Assembly (NCBI GenBank): GCA_965214605.1 | Contig: OZ243961.1 | Span: 3,840,001-3,904,000, forward strand | Reading direction: 5' to 3' | Source: an uncultured Candidatus Binatia bacterium | GTDB taxonomy: Bacteria > Desulfobacterota > Binatia > Bin18 | Length of the DNA stretch: 64,000 bases | Part shown: positions 1 through 9,911 of the stretch, in pieces | Numbering within the stretch: the stretch's first letter is position 1 | Layout of the letters: every line of letters starts with the position of its first letter | Position numbers and translations under genes: made by a program | The notes under the pieces: generated by a model | Databases searched by the model: none | The model's input: the letters and a program-made list of their open reading frames with translations, nothing else | What the model was told of the DNA's origin: nothing

Positions 1-113
1 GGTTGAATAACGTAGGGAATAATTCTCTCGACCGGCCCCGAAGCACAGCTGACCAGCGGTGCGGTTGAGCCGACGCCAACTAGTTTGAGAAAATTTCGGC
101 GATCAATTCCCAT
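1..113 (-). CDS. N-terminus of Tat-exported molybdopterin-oxidoreductase-like subunit (ActB/QrcB-like), runs off window
   Basis: Manual translation MGIDRRNFLKLVGVGSTAPLVSCASGPVERIIPYVIQP: twin-arginine motif and IIPYV motif; directly follows a pentaheme cytochrome. Confidence 0.7.
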   Translation of the reverse strand, partial: MGIDRRNFLKLVGVGSTAPLVSCASGPVERIIPYVIQ

Positions 114-134
114 ACGCGCAATCCATGTTATGGC

Positions 135-755
135 TCAATAATGGCATACCAGACAGTCTTTATCCGCCTGCTGGGCCTCATGGCACGTCACACACCAGCC
201 CATTTTCAGTGAAGACACCTGCTCGACCCGCTCCATTCGAGTCACCTGGCCGTGACAGCTGTAGCACTCAACGCCGGCTCGAATATGCCGTTTGTGGGTG
301 AAGCGGGTAAAGAGGGGCAGCTTATGCACCCGCAACCAGGGGATGGGTTCTCGGCGTTGCCAGTAGTCCTGCACTTTGAGCAGCTCGGGCTTATCCGTGG
401 CTCTTTTGTGACAGCCGATACATGCCTCGAGCGACGGAAGACCAGCCTGGGGAGAGATGCGGGCGGCGCTGTGGCAGTACAGGCAATCAAGTTTGTACTG
501 GCCGGCGTGCAGGGCATGACTAAAAGCAACCGGCTGGCGAGGAGCCTTGCCCCAACCGGTCAGGCCTAGGTCAATGATGTAAAAATCCCACCAGGCTGCC
601 TTTCCCTCATTCCACACGCCTCGGCTGACCTCCCGACTATGTAAAGCGGTGAGCACGCCGAGCCCAGCGATAATGAGGACAAGGAAGCGGAAGTATGAGC
701 GTGATGTCGGTGTTGACTGCATGACGCTATAGCCCCGACGCTGGGCTGTCCTCAT
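135..755 (-). CDS. Membrane-anchored pentaheme cytochrome c (ActA/QrcA-like)
   Basis: Five CxxCH motifs (CLYCH, CIGCH, CYSCH, CVTCH, CLVCH), QPVAFSH and MGWC motifs, N-terminal TM helix. Confidence 0.85.
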   Translation of the reverse strand: MRTAQRRGYSVMQSTPTSRSYFRFLVLIIAGLGVLTALHSREVSRGVWNEGKAAWWDFYIIDLGLTGWGKAPRQPVAFSHALHAGQYKLDCLYCHSAARISPQAGLPSLEACIGCHKRATDKPELLKVQDYWQRREPIPWLRVHKLPLFTRFTHKRHIRAGVECYSCHGQVTRMERVEQVSSLKMGWCVTCHEAQQADKDCLVCHY

Positions 756-922
756 ATACAGAGGACAAGGACAACGCGCAAGGCTTAACGGCGGTGGACA
801 CCCTGCTTATAACCACCCAAGTGTGAGGATGAGTGGATGAATTCCCCTTGACCCGTTGCGAAAAAGGCAGTACCTTTCGACCGCATTCAGCCGGACTTCT
901 CCGTCCGGAGGAGGAAAAACGT

Positions 923-2944
923 ATGCAATACAGAGGTTTGCAAAAGCTGCTCCGAAGTACGCTCGCTGGAAGCGCGATATTGTTTGTTTTACCAATTGAG
1001 GCATCTGCCGTAGGCGGGAAGTCTGAGACACCTGAATCGACGCCGACAGCCGCAGCAGTCGCTCCGGCCACCCCTGTTGAGTCTCCAAATGGTGGGTCTG
1101 GTAAGAGTCCGGCGGAGACGGCGGGCACCAGGCCATCCCCGGCCGTTGAGCCTCACGACGATGGGTCTGGCGAGAGTCCGGCGGAGACGGCGGAGACTAG
1201 TCCCCCTGAATCGACGCCGACAGCTGCAGCAATCGCTCCGGCCACCCCTGTTGAGTCTCCAACGGAGACGGCGGGCACCAGGCCATCCCCGGCGCCCGTC
1301 AAAAACGGTACGTCCCAGATCGGCGACTTTAAGCCAATTACCCACGATCGTCTGCTCAAAGGCACTAAAGATCCCTCGGCATGGTTGATGTACGGTGGTA
1401 GCTATGACAGCACCCGCTTTAGCCCATTGACCGATATTAACCGTACCAATGTGAAAAAACTCCAGGCGGCCTGGATGTTTCAAACTGGGGTCCCGGCTCA
1501 GTTCCAAGCCTCACCGGTTGTGGCTGACGGCATTATGTATATGACGGCCGCCTTTAACCATGTGTATGCGCTTCATGCCGAAACGGGCGAGATGCTGTGG
1601 CGCTATGATCACCCGCTGCCCAGTGATATGCGGGTGTGCTGCGGCCCAAGCAACCGGGGGGTGGCGATTAGCGGCGATAAGGTCTTTATGGCCACCCTGG
1701 ACGCCCGCCTGATTGCCCTCCAGGCCCAAACCGGCGCTCTAGTCTGGCAGGTCGAGATGGACGATTATCGTAAAGGCTATAGCGCAACAGCCGCGCCCCT
1801 TATCGTTAAGGACAAAGTCATCGTTGGGATCGCCGGTGGTGAGTATGGAATTCGGGGCTATGTCGACGCCTATGATATAGAGACCGGAGAGCGCAAGTGG
1901 CGCCGTTACACCACCCCGGGTGAGGGTGAACCTGGGTCTGAAACCTGGGCTGGCGATTCGTGGAAGATTGGCGGCGGGCCGACCTGGATTACCGGCTCCT
2001 ACGATCCTGAGCAGGACGTGATTTTTTGGGCGACCGGCAACCCGTCTCCTGACTGGAACGGCGACGTCCGTGAGGGAGATAATCTGTATACCGACTCGGT
2101 GTTAGCCTTGGAGCCGGCAACTGGCGCGATTAAGTGGTATTTTCAGTTTACGCCGCACGATATCTGGGACTACGACGGCAATACCGATCTGTTTCTGATT
2201 GATGTTGAACGGGGCGGGAAGACCATCAAAGCTTTGGCTCAACCTAATCGCAACGGCTATCTGTATGTACTCGACCGCACCTCGGGCGAGTTTCTGCATG
2301 GCTCGCAGTATGTGGAAAAGCTCAACTGGGCCAAAGGGCTCGACGAACAGGGCCGCCCTATTGTGGACCCTGAATATGTGCCGACCAAGGAGGCCGGAAA
2401 GTTTATCTGCCCCGGCTCGGTTGGCGGAAAAAACGGCTCGTGGACCGCTGCCTATAGTCCGGTCACCAAGTATATGTATCTGCCGGTGGTCGAGAGTTGC
2501 TGGCAGATGACCAAAGGGGCAGCAACTTTTATTCAGGGGATCCCTTTCTGGGGGGGAGGACCCGGCAAGACGCAGGCTGACGACCAGTCGTCCTACGGTC
2601 ATCTGTCCGCGATTGACGTGTCGAGCGGAGCGGTGAAGTGGCGTTACAAAGACGACTATCCCTTGGTCGGCGGCACTATGGCCACGGCGGGAGGCTTGGT
2701 GTTTAGTGGCGATCAAAAGGGCTATGCGCTGGCGTTTGACGACACAACAGGAGAACTACTGTGGAAGTTCCAGACCGGCTCGACCGTACGTGGCCAGCCG
2801 GCGACCTACAAGGTCAACGGCCGTCAATACGTGGCGATTCCGAGTGGTGGTGGAGGCTTGGCTGTGTCTCTGGTCGGCGAAAACCCGCTCGCGTCCAAAG
2901 GTAGTGCTCTGTTTGTGTTTGCCCTACCCGAAGGTGAAGAATGA
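923..2944 (+). CDS. PQQ-dependent alcohol dehydrogenase (methanol/ethanol family), probably lanthanide type
   Basis: Vicinal CC (VCCGPSNRG), GGEYGIRG, WDYDG, Trp-docking repeats; GGAGGA RBS before ATG 923; signal peptide. Confidence 0.92.
   Translation: MQYRGLQKLLRSTLAGSAILFVLPIEASAVGGKSETPESTPTAAAVAPATPVESPNGGSGKSPAETAGTRPSPAVEPHDDGSGESPAETAETSPPESTPTAAAIAPATPVESPTETAGTRPSPAPVKNGTSQIGDFKPITHDRLLKGTKDPSAWLMYGGSYDSTRFSPLTDINRTNVKKLQAAWMFQTGVPAQFQASPVVADGIMYMTAAFNHVYALHAETGEMLWRYDHPLPSDMRVCCGPSNRGVAISGDKVFMATLDARLIALQAQTGALVWQVEMDDYRKGYSATAAPLIVKDKVIVGIAGGEYGIRGYVDAYDIETGERKWRRYTTPGEGEPGSETWAGDSWKIGGGPTWITGSYDPEQDVIFWATGNPSPDWNGDVREGDNLYTDSVLALEPATGAIKWYFQFTPHDIWDYDGNTDLFLIDVERGGKTIKALAQPNRNGYLYVLDRTSGEFLHGSQYVEKLNWAKGLDEQGRPIVDPEYVPTKEAGKFICPGSVGGKNGSWTAAYSPVTKYMYLPVVESCWQMTKGAATFIQGIPFWGGGPGKTQADDQSSYGHLSAIDVSSGAVKWRYKDDYPLVGGTMATAGGLVFSGDQKGYALAFDDTTGELLWKFQTGSTVRGQPATYKVNGRQYVAIPSGGGGLAVSLVGENPLASKGSALFVFALPEGEE
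1032..1293 (+). repeat. Intragenic duplications encoding a Pro/Ala/Thr/Glu-rich N-terminal linker
   Basis: PESTPTAAA(V/I)APATPVESP and ETAGTRPSPA each occur twice with near-identical DNA. Confidence 0.85.
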
Positions 2945-3840
2945 TGATCGCTGATAGAAAATGGCTGCGGAGCGCGTTTGGACGAATCCCCCGCTCGCCT
3001 CTAGTGAGGCTTTTCAGCGCTGGCTGGATTGCAATCCTGAGTGTTTGTGCGGTGTTTGGCCAAGACGGCGCGGTTTTCCGGGCGTGTTTACTGGCCAACA
3101 ATCCGCCTTATTCGTGGCAGGCCGACGAGAGCGGATTTGACTTTGAGACCGCCCAGGCGGTTGCCAAGTCAATGGGGCGCAGGTTTGAGCCAGTATGGGT
3201 CACCCACGATACCCAAATCACAGAGATTGACGAGACCGATCTGCCCTTCTTTCGGCTGTCACGCGGTCAGTGTGACGCGATTTTCAGCGTGCCGGGCCAA
3301 GAGGCGCTCAGCGAAGCTCCAGCGCTGGCGGTTGGCGCGCCCTACTACGGGGCTGGCTTTGAGCTAGTTGGGTCGACTGACACCCCCCCCCGCAGTCTGG
3401 ACGAGATCGGAGACGGGCCGGTTGCGGTTCGAGCTCAAACCATTGCCAATTTCATGCTGAGCGCCCGAAGAATTCGGACGTTTACCACTTTTTCTCTCGA
3501 AGAGGCGTTGGACGCGATCAGCAGTGGCAAAGCGGCCGCCGCCCTGCTGTGGGGGCCAAAAGCGGGATGGCATTTGCGTACCCATCCTGAGTTGTCATTA
3601 GAACTTGTCGATACGCTTAAACCGCCCAGCGTAGTGCGCTGGAACGAATCGGTCGCCACCCGTAAAGATGATGCCGAGCTGCGCCAAGCCATTGACGCCG
3701 CACTCAGCGGACTGACTGAAACCGGCACCCTCATCCGTTTGCTTGAAAAATATGGTATTCCCGTTCACCGTCCTTTTACTACCACGTACAGCTTTGCCGA
3801 GATGCAGCAGCTGATGTTCCACTCACTGAGCAATAGATAA
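2941..3840 (+). CDS. Periplasmic substrate-binding protein, MxaJ/XoxJ-like
   Basis: NNPPYS..GFDFE, ALLWGPKAG, LLEKYGIP motifs; overlaps ADH stop. Confidence 0.8.
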   Translation: MMIADRKWLRSAFGRIPRSPLVRLFSAGWIAILSVCAVFGQDGAVFRACLLANNPPYSWQADESGFDFETAQAVAKSMGRRFEPVWVTHDTQITEIDETDLPFFRLSRGQCDAIFSVPGQEALSEAPALAVGAPYYGAGFELVGSTDTPPRSLDEIGDGPVAVRAQTIANFMLSARRIRTFTTFSLEEALDAISSGKAAAALLWGPKAGWHLRTHPELSLELVDTLKPPSVVRWNESVATRKDDAELRQAIDAALSGLTETGTLIRLLEKYGIPVHRPFTTTYSFAEMQQLMFHSLSNR

Positions 3841-3854
3841 CTTTAGGGATACGT

Positions 3855-4268
3855 ATGAGTCGTCTGGTGACCGGTTTCTCCTTTTTTGTCTTCAGTCTTT
3901 TAGGTATCGCAGGGCAAGCCGTGGGCCAGGATACCAATCCATTTGCCGGTGATGCGGCTGCCATTGCCGAGGGCGAGCTGCTGTTTCAGGCCGTGTGCAC
4001 CGGCTACTGCCATGTTGCCCCGGACACCCAGCGCGACGCCAAATGTCCAGACCTGTTTGACTGTGAGTGGAAGAATGGTGGCAGCGACAAGGAAATGTTT
4101 CAAATCCTGCTCGACGGCGTGCCCAACACCGAAATGGTGCCCTTCAGAGGCCAGCTGCCCGACGACATGCTATGGCAAATTTTGGCCTACGTGAAATCTG
4201 CCTCGCGGTGTCAGGAGGGCAGGGCAGCCACAGGCCCAAAATTCGCCGCTCTGGCAGCGCATGACTAA
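3855..4268 (+). CDS. Cytochrome c (XoxG/PedF-like acceptor) with CxxxCH motif
   Basis: Signal peptide, GELLF..CTGYCH, P-L....W..GGSD, distal Met. Confidence 0.75.
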   Translation: MSRLVTGFSFFVFSLLGIAGQAVGQDTNPFAGDAAAIAEGELLFQAVCTGYCHVAPDTQRDAKCPDLFDCEWKNGGSDKEMFQILLDGVPNTEMVPFRGQLPDDMLWQILAYVKSASRCQEGRAATGPKFAALAAHD

Positions 4269-4291
4269 GAAGACGACAGTAGGGGAGAGTA

Positions 4292-5266
4292 ATGATGCGA
4301 CTAACGAGACGGACACCTTTCTCACTTGTATCCTTTGCCCTTGGCCTTTTGACGATCGCCTTTTCTTCTTCGGCCATTGCCCAGCCCTTTGCCTATGTGA
4401 GTCACGAAAAGTCGAACGACGTCTGGGTCATCAATACCCAGACTGACGAGGTAGTGGCCAAAGTCGCGGTTGGCGAGCGGCCGCGTGGGCTCGTCGTGTC
4501 GGCGGACGGGAAACGGGTGTATGCTGCCAATGGTAATTCCAACGATATTTCGGTCATTGACGCCGAAACGAACACCGTTGTGGAAACCTTTGGGGTCGGT
4601 ATTGACCCAGAAGGCATTGATCTCAGCAACGATGAAAGCCTGCTCTTTGTGGTCAATGAGAACGAGGGCGTGATGCGCGTCGTCGAGCTGGCGACCAAGA
4701 ACGTACTCGCCACCGTTCAAGCTGGCATAGAGCCGGAAACGGTAGTGGTATCGCCGGACGGCCAGCGGGCCTTTGTGCCAAATGAAACATCCCATGATGT
4801 GACCGTCATTGATACCCAGACCCACAAGGTTCTGACCTCAATCAAGGTCGGTGAGAACCCGCGCGGAGTCGCGTTTCTGCCCGACGGCAAAACCGCCTAT
4901 GTGAGCAGTGAGCGCAGCAACACCGTCTCAGTCATTGATGTGGAAAAGCTGGCCGTGACCGACACGATCGCCATGGGCGAACGACCAGTCGGTATCTCAG
5001 TGCTCCCAGACGGCTCAAAAGTCTATGTGGTGCACGGCCGTGCCAACGACGTGCGGGTGATAGATCCAAAGACCAACCGGGTGATTAAGACCGTTCCCTT
5101 AGGTGGCACCCGCTGCTGGTGGTCAGCGCTGACCCCGGACGGTAAGAAGCTCTACGCTACAATGGGTCGATCTGACGGCCTGGCCGTAATCGATACGACG
5201 ACCGATACCCTGATCAAGACGATTGCGGTCGGCAATACTCCCTGGGGGGTGGCGGTCACGCCTTAA
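4292..5266 (+). CDS. YVTN-family beta-propeller protein (PQQ catabolism associated)
   Basis: Seven VG..P.G...SPDG..YV repeats; signal peptide. Confidence 0.88.
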   Translation: MMRLTRRTPFSLVSFALGLLTIAFSSSAIAQPFAYVSHEKSNDVWVINTQTDEVVAKVAVGERPRGLVVSADGKRVYAANGNSNDISVIDAETNTVVETFGVGIDPEGIDLSNDESLLFVVNENEGVMRVVELATKNVLATVQAGIEPETVVVSPDGQRAFVPNETSHDVTVIDTQTHKVLTSIKVGENPRGVAFLPDGKTAYVSSERSNTVSVIDVEKLAVTDTIAMGERPVGISVLPDGSKVYVVHGRANDVRVIDPKTNRVIKTVPLGGTRCWWSALTPDGKKLYATMGRSDGLAVIDTTTDTLIKTIAVGNTPWGVAVTP

Positions 5267-6070
5267 TCAGAAGCGCCAGACCAGGAGGAACTGAGGAACC
5301 TTCTCGTCGTTTTCCGTGCCCAGCTTGTTCATCCAGTACTGGTACTCCAGGCCGATAAAGATCCGGTTGGCCACTCCCAGCAGCGCCTCGCCCAGATCCA
5401 GCCGGAGCTGGGGCTGAGCCAGAATCCAGCTTTTGACCCGGTTGCCGAACTCGTTGGTCCGACCGTCTATATATTCGGCGTGGCCCTCAATCGAGAAAGA
5501 CAGACCGCCCATACTGAAGGGGTAGGCCCAGTTGATATCGAATATGAAGCTGTCGCTCTCTTTGGGAGCACCACCCTTGGAGACGCCCCGGCTATCGTCA
5601 ATATAGGCGGTCAGGTCGGTATTCAGAAACGCAAAACCCGCCAGCTCCCAGGAGGCGCGCATACCGGGCAGATATTTGAAGACCTTGGCGTCTACTCCGA
5701 CGTTGAGGCCGAAGATCAACGAGATGTCTTTAAGCGGGCCGATGCTGCTCTTCTTCCGTGTCAGCTTGCCCAAGCTCAGACTGGGATACAACTCGAAGTA
5801 CAAGTCGGTATCGTTGAAGTCGTCATTCTTATTGTCATTGATGAAATCGGCAAAGAAGAAATTCTCACCATATTTCCAACCTAGAGCGTTTTGCAAGGTG
5901 AGAATGAAAGTATCCTTGTTGACGTCCGAGAACGGATTTTCGAGATGCCCATACTGAAAGTGCAGCTCGGTCGTACTCCAGTCCACAATGGCGGCTCGGG
6001 CCGGCGAAGTGGTCAGCAAGAGTGCTAGGAGCGCCGCAGCACAGAGAAAGAGTCGGGGAGGATGGGGCAT
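5267..6070 (-). CDS. Tsx-like outer-membrane channel protein
   Basis: Signal peptide, GWKYGENFFFAD, GLEYQYW.NKLG, C-terminal Phe. Confidence 0.75.
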   Translation of the reverse strand: MPHPPRLFLCAAALLALLLTTSPARAAIVDWSTTELHFQYGHLENPFSDVNKDTFILTLQNALGWKYGENFFFADFINDNKNDDFNDTDLYFELYPSLSLGKLTRKKSSIGPLKDISLIFGLNVGVDAKVFKYLPGMRASWELAGFAFLNTDLTAYIDDSRGVSKGGAPKESDSFIFDINWAYPFSMGGLSFSIEGHAEYIDGRTNEFGNRVKSWILAQPQLRLDLGEALLGVANRIFIGLEYQYWMNKLGTENDEKVPQFLLVWRF

Positions 6071-6439
6071 TCGGAGTCTCCTCCGTTCAGGGCTGTAGGA
6101 GAAGCATGAGGATGCAGGGGGTTAGGAGGTCGTGAAGGTAAGGCAGGAGCTGAGACTCAGACCGGGGGCTGAGACAACGGAGGTGTTGGCGTACAGCCCC
6201 ATTCCCAGGGTGCTGAGTGCTGATGGTCGAGACAAGGACCGCGGCCGTCAGGAGGGCCGAAAAAAGCTCTGCTTGCCCCCAGGATGGAGGCAACCTGATT
6301 CTCGGGATGCGAGAGGCGACTTAGCCTAGGAATAAGGTGAGGCGCCCTTAGCTGCGTACCTCCCATGCATTTATACAAACGCCTTCGCGTTCAGGAATTC
6401 AAGCCCGAGAGCTATGCAGAACAATTTTACAACGCCGGC

Positions 6440-6769
6440 TTAGCCTTCGTCTTCAATAGCCGCCCGCACGATTGGCCCAAGCTCGCCGCTTTGGTGCATC
6501 TCTTGGATAATATCGCACCCGCCAATGAACTCGCCTTTGACGTACACCTGCGGAATCGTCGGCCAGTTCGAATAGCGTTTGATGCCCTCCCGAACGGCTG
6601 GATTCTGGAGGACATCAACCGTTTCATAGGGGACGCCGAGCGAATCAAAGATTTGAATCGTGGCGGCCGAGAAGCCACACATGGGGAACTGCGGGTTGCC
6701 TTTCATGAATATGAGGATTGGGGTATCTTTGACATGCTGACCGATTTGGCTGAGAATATCGTCTGCCAT
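6440..6769 (-). CDS. grxD: Monothiol glutaredoxin Grx4
   Basis: [23 protein letters not shown]. Confidence 0.95.
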   Translation of the reverse strand: MADDILSQIGQHVKDTPILIFMKGNPQFPMCGFSAATIQIFDSLGVPYETVDVLQNPAVREGIKRYSNWPTIPQVYVKGEFIGGCDIIQEMHQSGELGPIVRAAIEDEG

Positions 6770-6829
6770 ACACAGTACTCCTTCAGTATGGTGGGTGGAT
6801 GAAAAGAGTCTCAATTGAGACTCGCCAAA

Positions 6830-7123
6830 TTACGGGGTTTTAGCCGGCTGTATGGTCAGGACGCTGGCCGCTTCGGCCTGCGCCTCTTCCGGGGTGAGGG
6901 TGCTGAGCTTCAAGGCATGAATGCGTTCCACCATGGCGTCTTGCAGTGCCCCATACACCATCCGGTGACGGGTAACTTTCATTTTGCCGCTAAACGACGC
7001 AGAGATGACGAGCGCTTCGTAGTGATCCCCCCCACCGGTGAGATCCTGGATTTTGACCTTGGCATCAGGAATCCCTTGGATAATGAGTTGGCTGATTTCC
7101 TCAGCCGTTATCGGTTCAGGCAT
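6830..7123 (-). CDS. BolA/IbaG family protein
   Basis: GGGDHY, RHRMVY, IHAL; adjacent to grxD. Confidence 0.92.
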   Translation of the reverse strand: MPEPITAEEISQLIIQGIPDAKVKIQDLTGGGDHYEALVISASFSGKMKVTRHRMVYGALQDAMVERIHALKLSTLTPEEAQAEAASVLTIQPAKTP

Positions 7124-7316
7124 ACAATAATCACCTCATCTGGACAACCCGTCTTAGATCTTATCAGTTCATCTATGGTGCGCCATAATAGCCATCAAGC
7201 TGCTACAAACCGGCTTTTTCAAGAGCTGGACAAGATCTCAAGAAGGCCCATCTGCTCTTAGCCTTAAGCCAAGTGCTGCGACGACAAGCCGAACTCCAAG
7301 CAGGGACAAGGCAGAA

Positions 7317-7433
7317 TTATTTCTTCTGCATTGCTTCCCCACAGCACTTCACGGTGCCGTCTCCACCTTTGGTGACAATGATCTGGCCGCCACACTTTCC
7401 ACACAGGTACATTTTTCCGAGTTGGTTGGCCAT
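7317..7433 (-). CDS. Desulforedoxin-like small metal-binding protein (38 aa, below ORF-track cutoff)
   Basis: MANQLGKMYLCGKCGGQIIVTKGGDGTVKCCGEAMQKK; AGGAGG RBS. Confidence 0.8.
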   Translation of the reverse strand: MANQLGKMYLCGKCGGQIIVTKGGDGTVKCCGEAMQKK

Positions 7434-7481
7434 GAACTATCCTCCTGTTCAAAATATATGCCGCCTTATTGTGCGGGGTTT

Positions 7482-8246
7482 TTAGTTTCCCGTAAAGACC
7501 GGCTTGCGTTTTGCCAAGAAGGCGGAGACGCCCTCGGCTCTGTCTTGGGTCGTTTGGAGTAAGACGTACAGGTCTTCCTCAAGGCGGGTGCCCTGATCCA
7601 AGCTCAGATCCATGGCCTTGAGCACGGCCTCTTTGCCAAGGCGCAGGGCAAGGGGGCCTTTCTCCAGCAGACCGCTGAGGACCTCATCAACCCGGGTGGC
7701 AAAACGGTCTGGCTCGATCGTCTCTGTCACAAGACCAATCTGTTGCGCCTGGCTCGCATCAATACGCTTGGCGGTCAGAATCAGCTCTAGCGCCTTGGCC
7801 TGGCCGATAATGCGAGGCAGGCGTTGGGTGCCGCCGCAAAACGGGATCAGGCCCTCGGTCAGCTGTGGGAGAGCGAGCTGCGCGCCGGCTTTTGCCAGAC
7901 GCAGGTCACAGGCCAACGCTAGTTCTAGGCCGACCCCTATGGCGTCACCGTTTAGTACGGCGATGGCCGGCTTGGTGAGGGCTCCCACCTGCTCGACACA
8001 CGCCAGCGAACCAAACTGCTGACGAATGCTATGGGCGGTCGTTTCGGGCGGATACTCAAGACCGGTGCAGAACGCCTCGCCTTGACCGGTCAGCAGCAGG
8101 ATTTCGACCTCGTCGTCGTTTTCAACCGCTTCGCACGCCGCGGCTAGATCCTGGGCCATAGCCGGAGTGAGTCGGTTGCCGTTGTCAGGTCGATTCAAAC
8201 CCAACCAGGCAAAACGCCCGTGGGTGGTGTAGGTGAGGTCTGACAT
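7482..8246 (-). CDS. Enoyl-CoA hydratase/isomerase family
   Basis: LNRP, AFCTG, G.GLELALACD, GGTQRLPR. Confidence 0.92.
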   Translation of the reverse strand: MSDLTYTTHGRFAWLGLNRPDNGNRLTPAMAQDLAAACEAVENDDEVEILLLTGQGEAFCTGLEYPPETTAHSIRQQFGSLACVEQVGALTKPAIAVLNGDAIGVGLELALACDLRLAKAGAQLALPQLTEGLIPFCGGTQRLPRIIGQAKALELILTAKRIDASQAQQIGLVTETIEPDRFATRVDEVLSGLLEKGPLALRLGKEAVLKAMDLSLDQGTRLEEDLYVLLQTTQDRAEGVSAFLAKRKPVFTGN

Positions 8247-8263
8247 AGCCGGCCAGAAAAATC

Positions 8264-9820
8264 TTAGCCTCCGTACCCGGCGCGGAGTTCCTTTTTCAGG
8301 ATCTTGCCCATATGGTTTTTGGGCAATTCGTCCATGAAGTGGATATCTTCGGGTTTCTTAAAGCTCGACAGCCGTTCGCGGCAGAACTCTCCTAACTCGT
8401 CTTCGGTCACTGTTTGGCCCGAACGAACCGCGACAAAGGCGGCAATCTTTTGCCCCCACTGTTCGTCAGGTACCCCGATAATGGCTGCTTCATCAACCGC
8501 GGGATGGGCGTGCAACACGGCTTCGATTTCGGCCGGAGCTATATTTTCGCCGCCCCGAATAATGATGTCGTCTTTGCGACCGACCAGGTAAATATAGCCG
8601 TCCTGATCAAGATAGCCCATGTCTCGGGTATGGAGCCACCCCTCATTATCGAACAGCGCCGCGGTTGCACTCTCCTGGCCGGCGTAGCCTTTCATGGCGC
8701 GCGGGGTACGAATCACGACCTCACCGATCTCGTCGGCTGGCAGTGGTTTGTTGTCGTCGTCAAGGATGGCGACCTCGACGTCGGGCAGCGGTTTGCCAAC
8801 AGAGGTGAGCCGCTTGAGGTTGCGCTCGATTTCTTCCTGACTGCCGTTAAGCTTATGGTCCTCTGGGCCAAGCACCGATAGGGTCGAGTTCGTCTCGGTC
8901 TGGCCGAAGGCATTGACAAAGCCGGTGCTATCGGGAAACAGCTCGATCGCCTTGCGAATGACCGGAAAGGGCATGGGCGCGCCCCCGTAGGACAGGTTTT
9001 CAAGGCTCGACAGATCGTAGTTGGAAAATTCCGGATGATCGATCAGCTGTTTCATCATGGTCGGCACAACAAAGGCGTGAGTGGCTTTTTCGTTTTGTAC
9101 CGCAGCGAGCCACTCTTGGGCATCAAACTGACGCAAAATGACGATTTTACGGCCGGACCACATGGCGGTCATGATATTCATCGTGCCCGCGATATGATAC
9201 AGCGGGGCGCACAGCAGCGAGGTGCCGCGTGGGGTGCCGTCGGCCATTTCGACCGTTCCGACAACATAGTTGGTAAAACCACCGTAGGTCAGCATCACGC
9301 CCTTTGGCAGCGAGGTGGTTCCGCTGGTGTACATTAGAATCGACAGGTCTTCTTCGTCCACTTCGGCGTCTTCAATCTCGGGCGAGCCCGTGGCAATCAG
9401 GTCCTCGTGGAGGTGCATGCCGGGTTGACCGCTCTCCATTGCCACGTAGTGCTGAATCATCGGAAACTTTGGTTTCAGCTGCTGAAGCAGGGGCAGATAG
9501 CGATCACCGATAAACAAAACTTTCACATCTGCGGCGGTGATCATATGCTCTAGTTCGGGCGGTTTGGCCCGGTAGTTGAGCGGGACAAAGGTCGCGCCTA
9601 GGGTCGCGGTCGCGTAATACGCTTCAATGTACTGATTGGAGTTGGTCTGGAGGGCGGCGACTCGGTCGCCGGGGCCCACGCCAAACTCTTGCAGACTACT
9701 GGCCAGCCGGCGAACACGCTCAAGCGTTTCGCCGTAGGTCTGTCGTTTGTCCTCAAAAACGAGGATTTCCTGATCGGCCAGCATCATACCGGGAAGACTG
9801 AGAAAATTCGCAGTGTTCAT
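8264..9820 (-). CDS. Acyl-CoA synthetase (AMP-binding)
   Basis: YTSGTTSLPKG, FGQTE, GRKDDIIIRGGENI. Confidence 0.93.
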   Translation of the reverse strand: MNTANFLSLPGMMLADQEILVFEDKRQTYGETLERVRRLASSLQEFGVGPGDRVAALQTNSNQYIEAYYATATLGATFVPLNYRAKPPELEHMITAADVKVLFIGDRYLPLLQQLKPKFPMIQHYVAMESGQPGMHLHEDLIATGSPEIEDAEVDEEDLSILMYTSGTTSLPKGVMLTYGGFTNYVVGTVEMADGTPRGTSLLCAPLYHIAGTMNIMTAMWSGRKIVILRQFDAQEWLAAVQNEKATHAFVVPTMMKQLIDHPEFSNYDLSSLENLSYGGAPMPFPVIRKAIELFPDSTGFVNAFGQTETNSTLSVLGPEDHKLNGSQEEIERNLKRLTSVGKPLPDVEVAILDDDNKPLPADEIGEVVIRTPRAMKGYAGQESATAALFDNEGWLHTRDMGYLDQDGYIYLVGRKDDIIIRGGENIAPAEIEAVLHAHPAVDEAAIIGVPDEQWGQKIAAFVAVRSGQTVTEDELGEFCRERLSSFKKPEDIHFMDELPKNHMGKILKKELRAGYGG

Positions 9821-9911
9821 AGTTACTCCTCTTGCATAGTAACGGTACAGCCGTTTCAGCTATCAGCCTTGAACCAAGATGACAAGATACGGTGCTGCTG
9901 CGACGCACACG

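Noticed and set aside
6075-6430. Riboswitch upstream of the Tsx-like gene
   Set aside because: Some hairpins but no aptamer consensus I can recognise.
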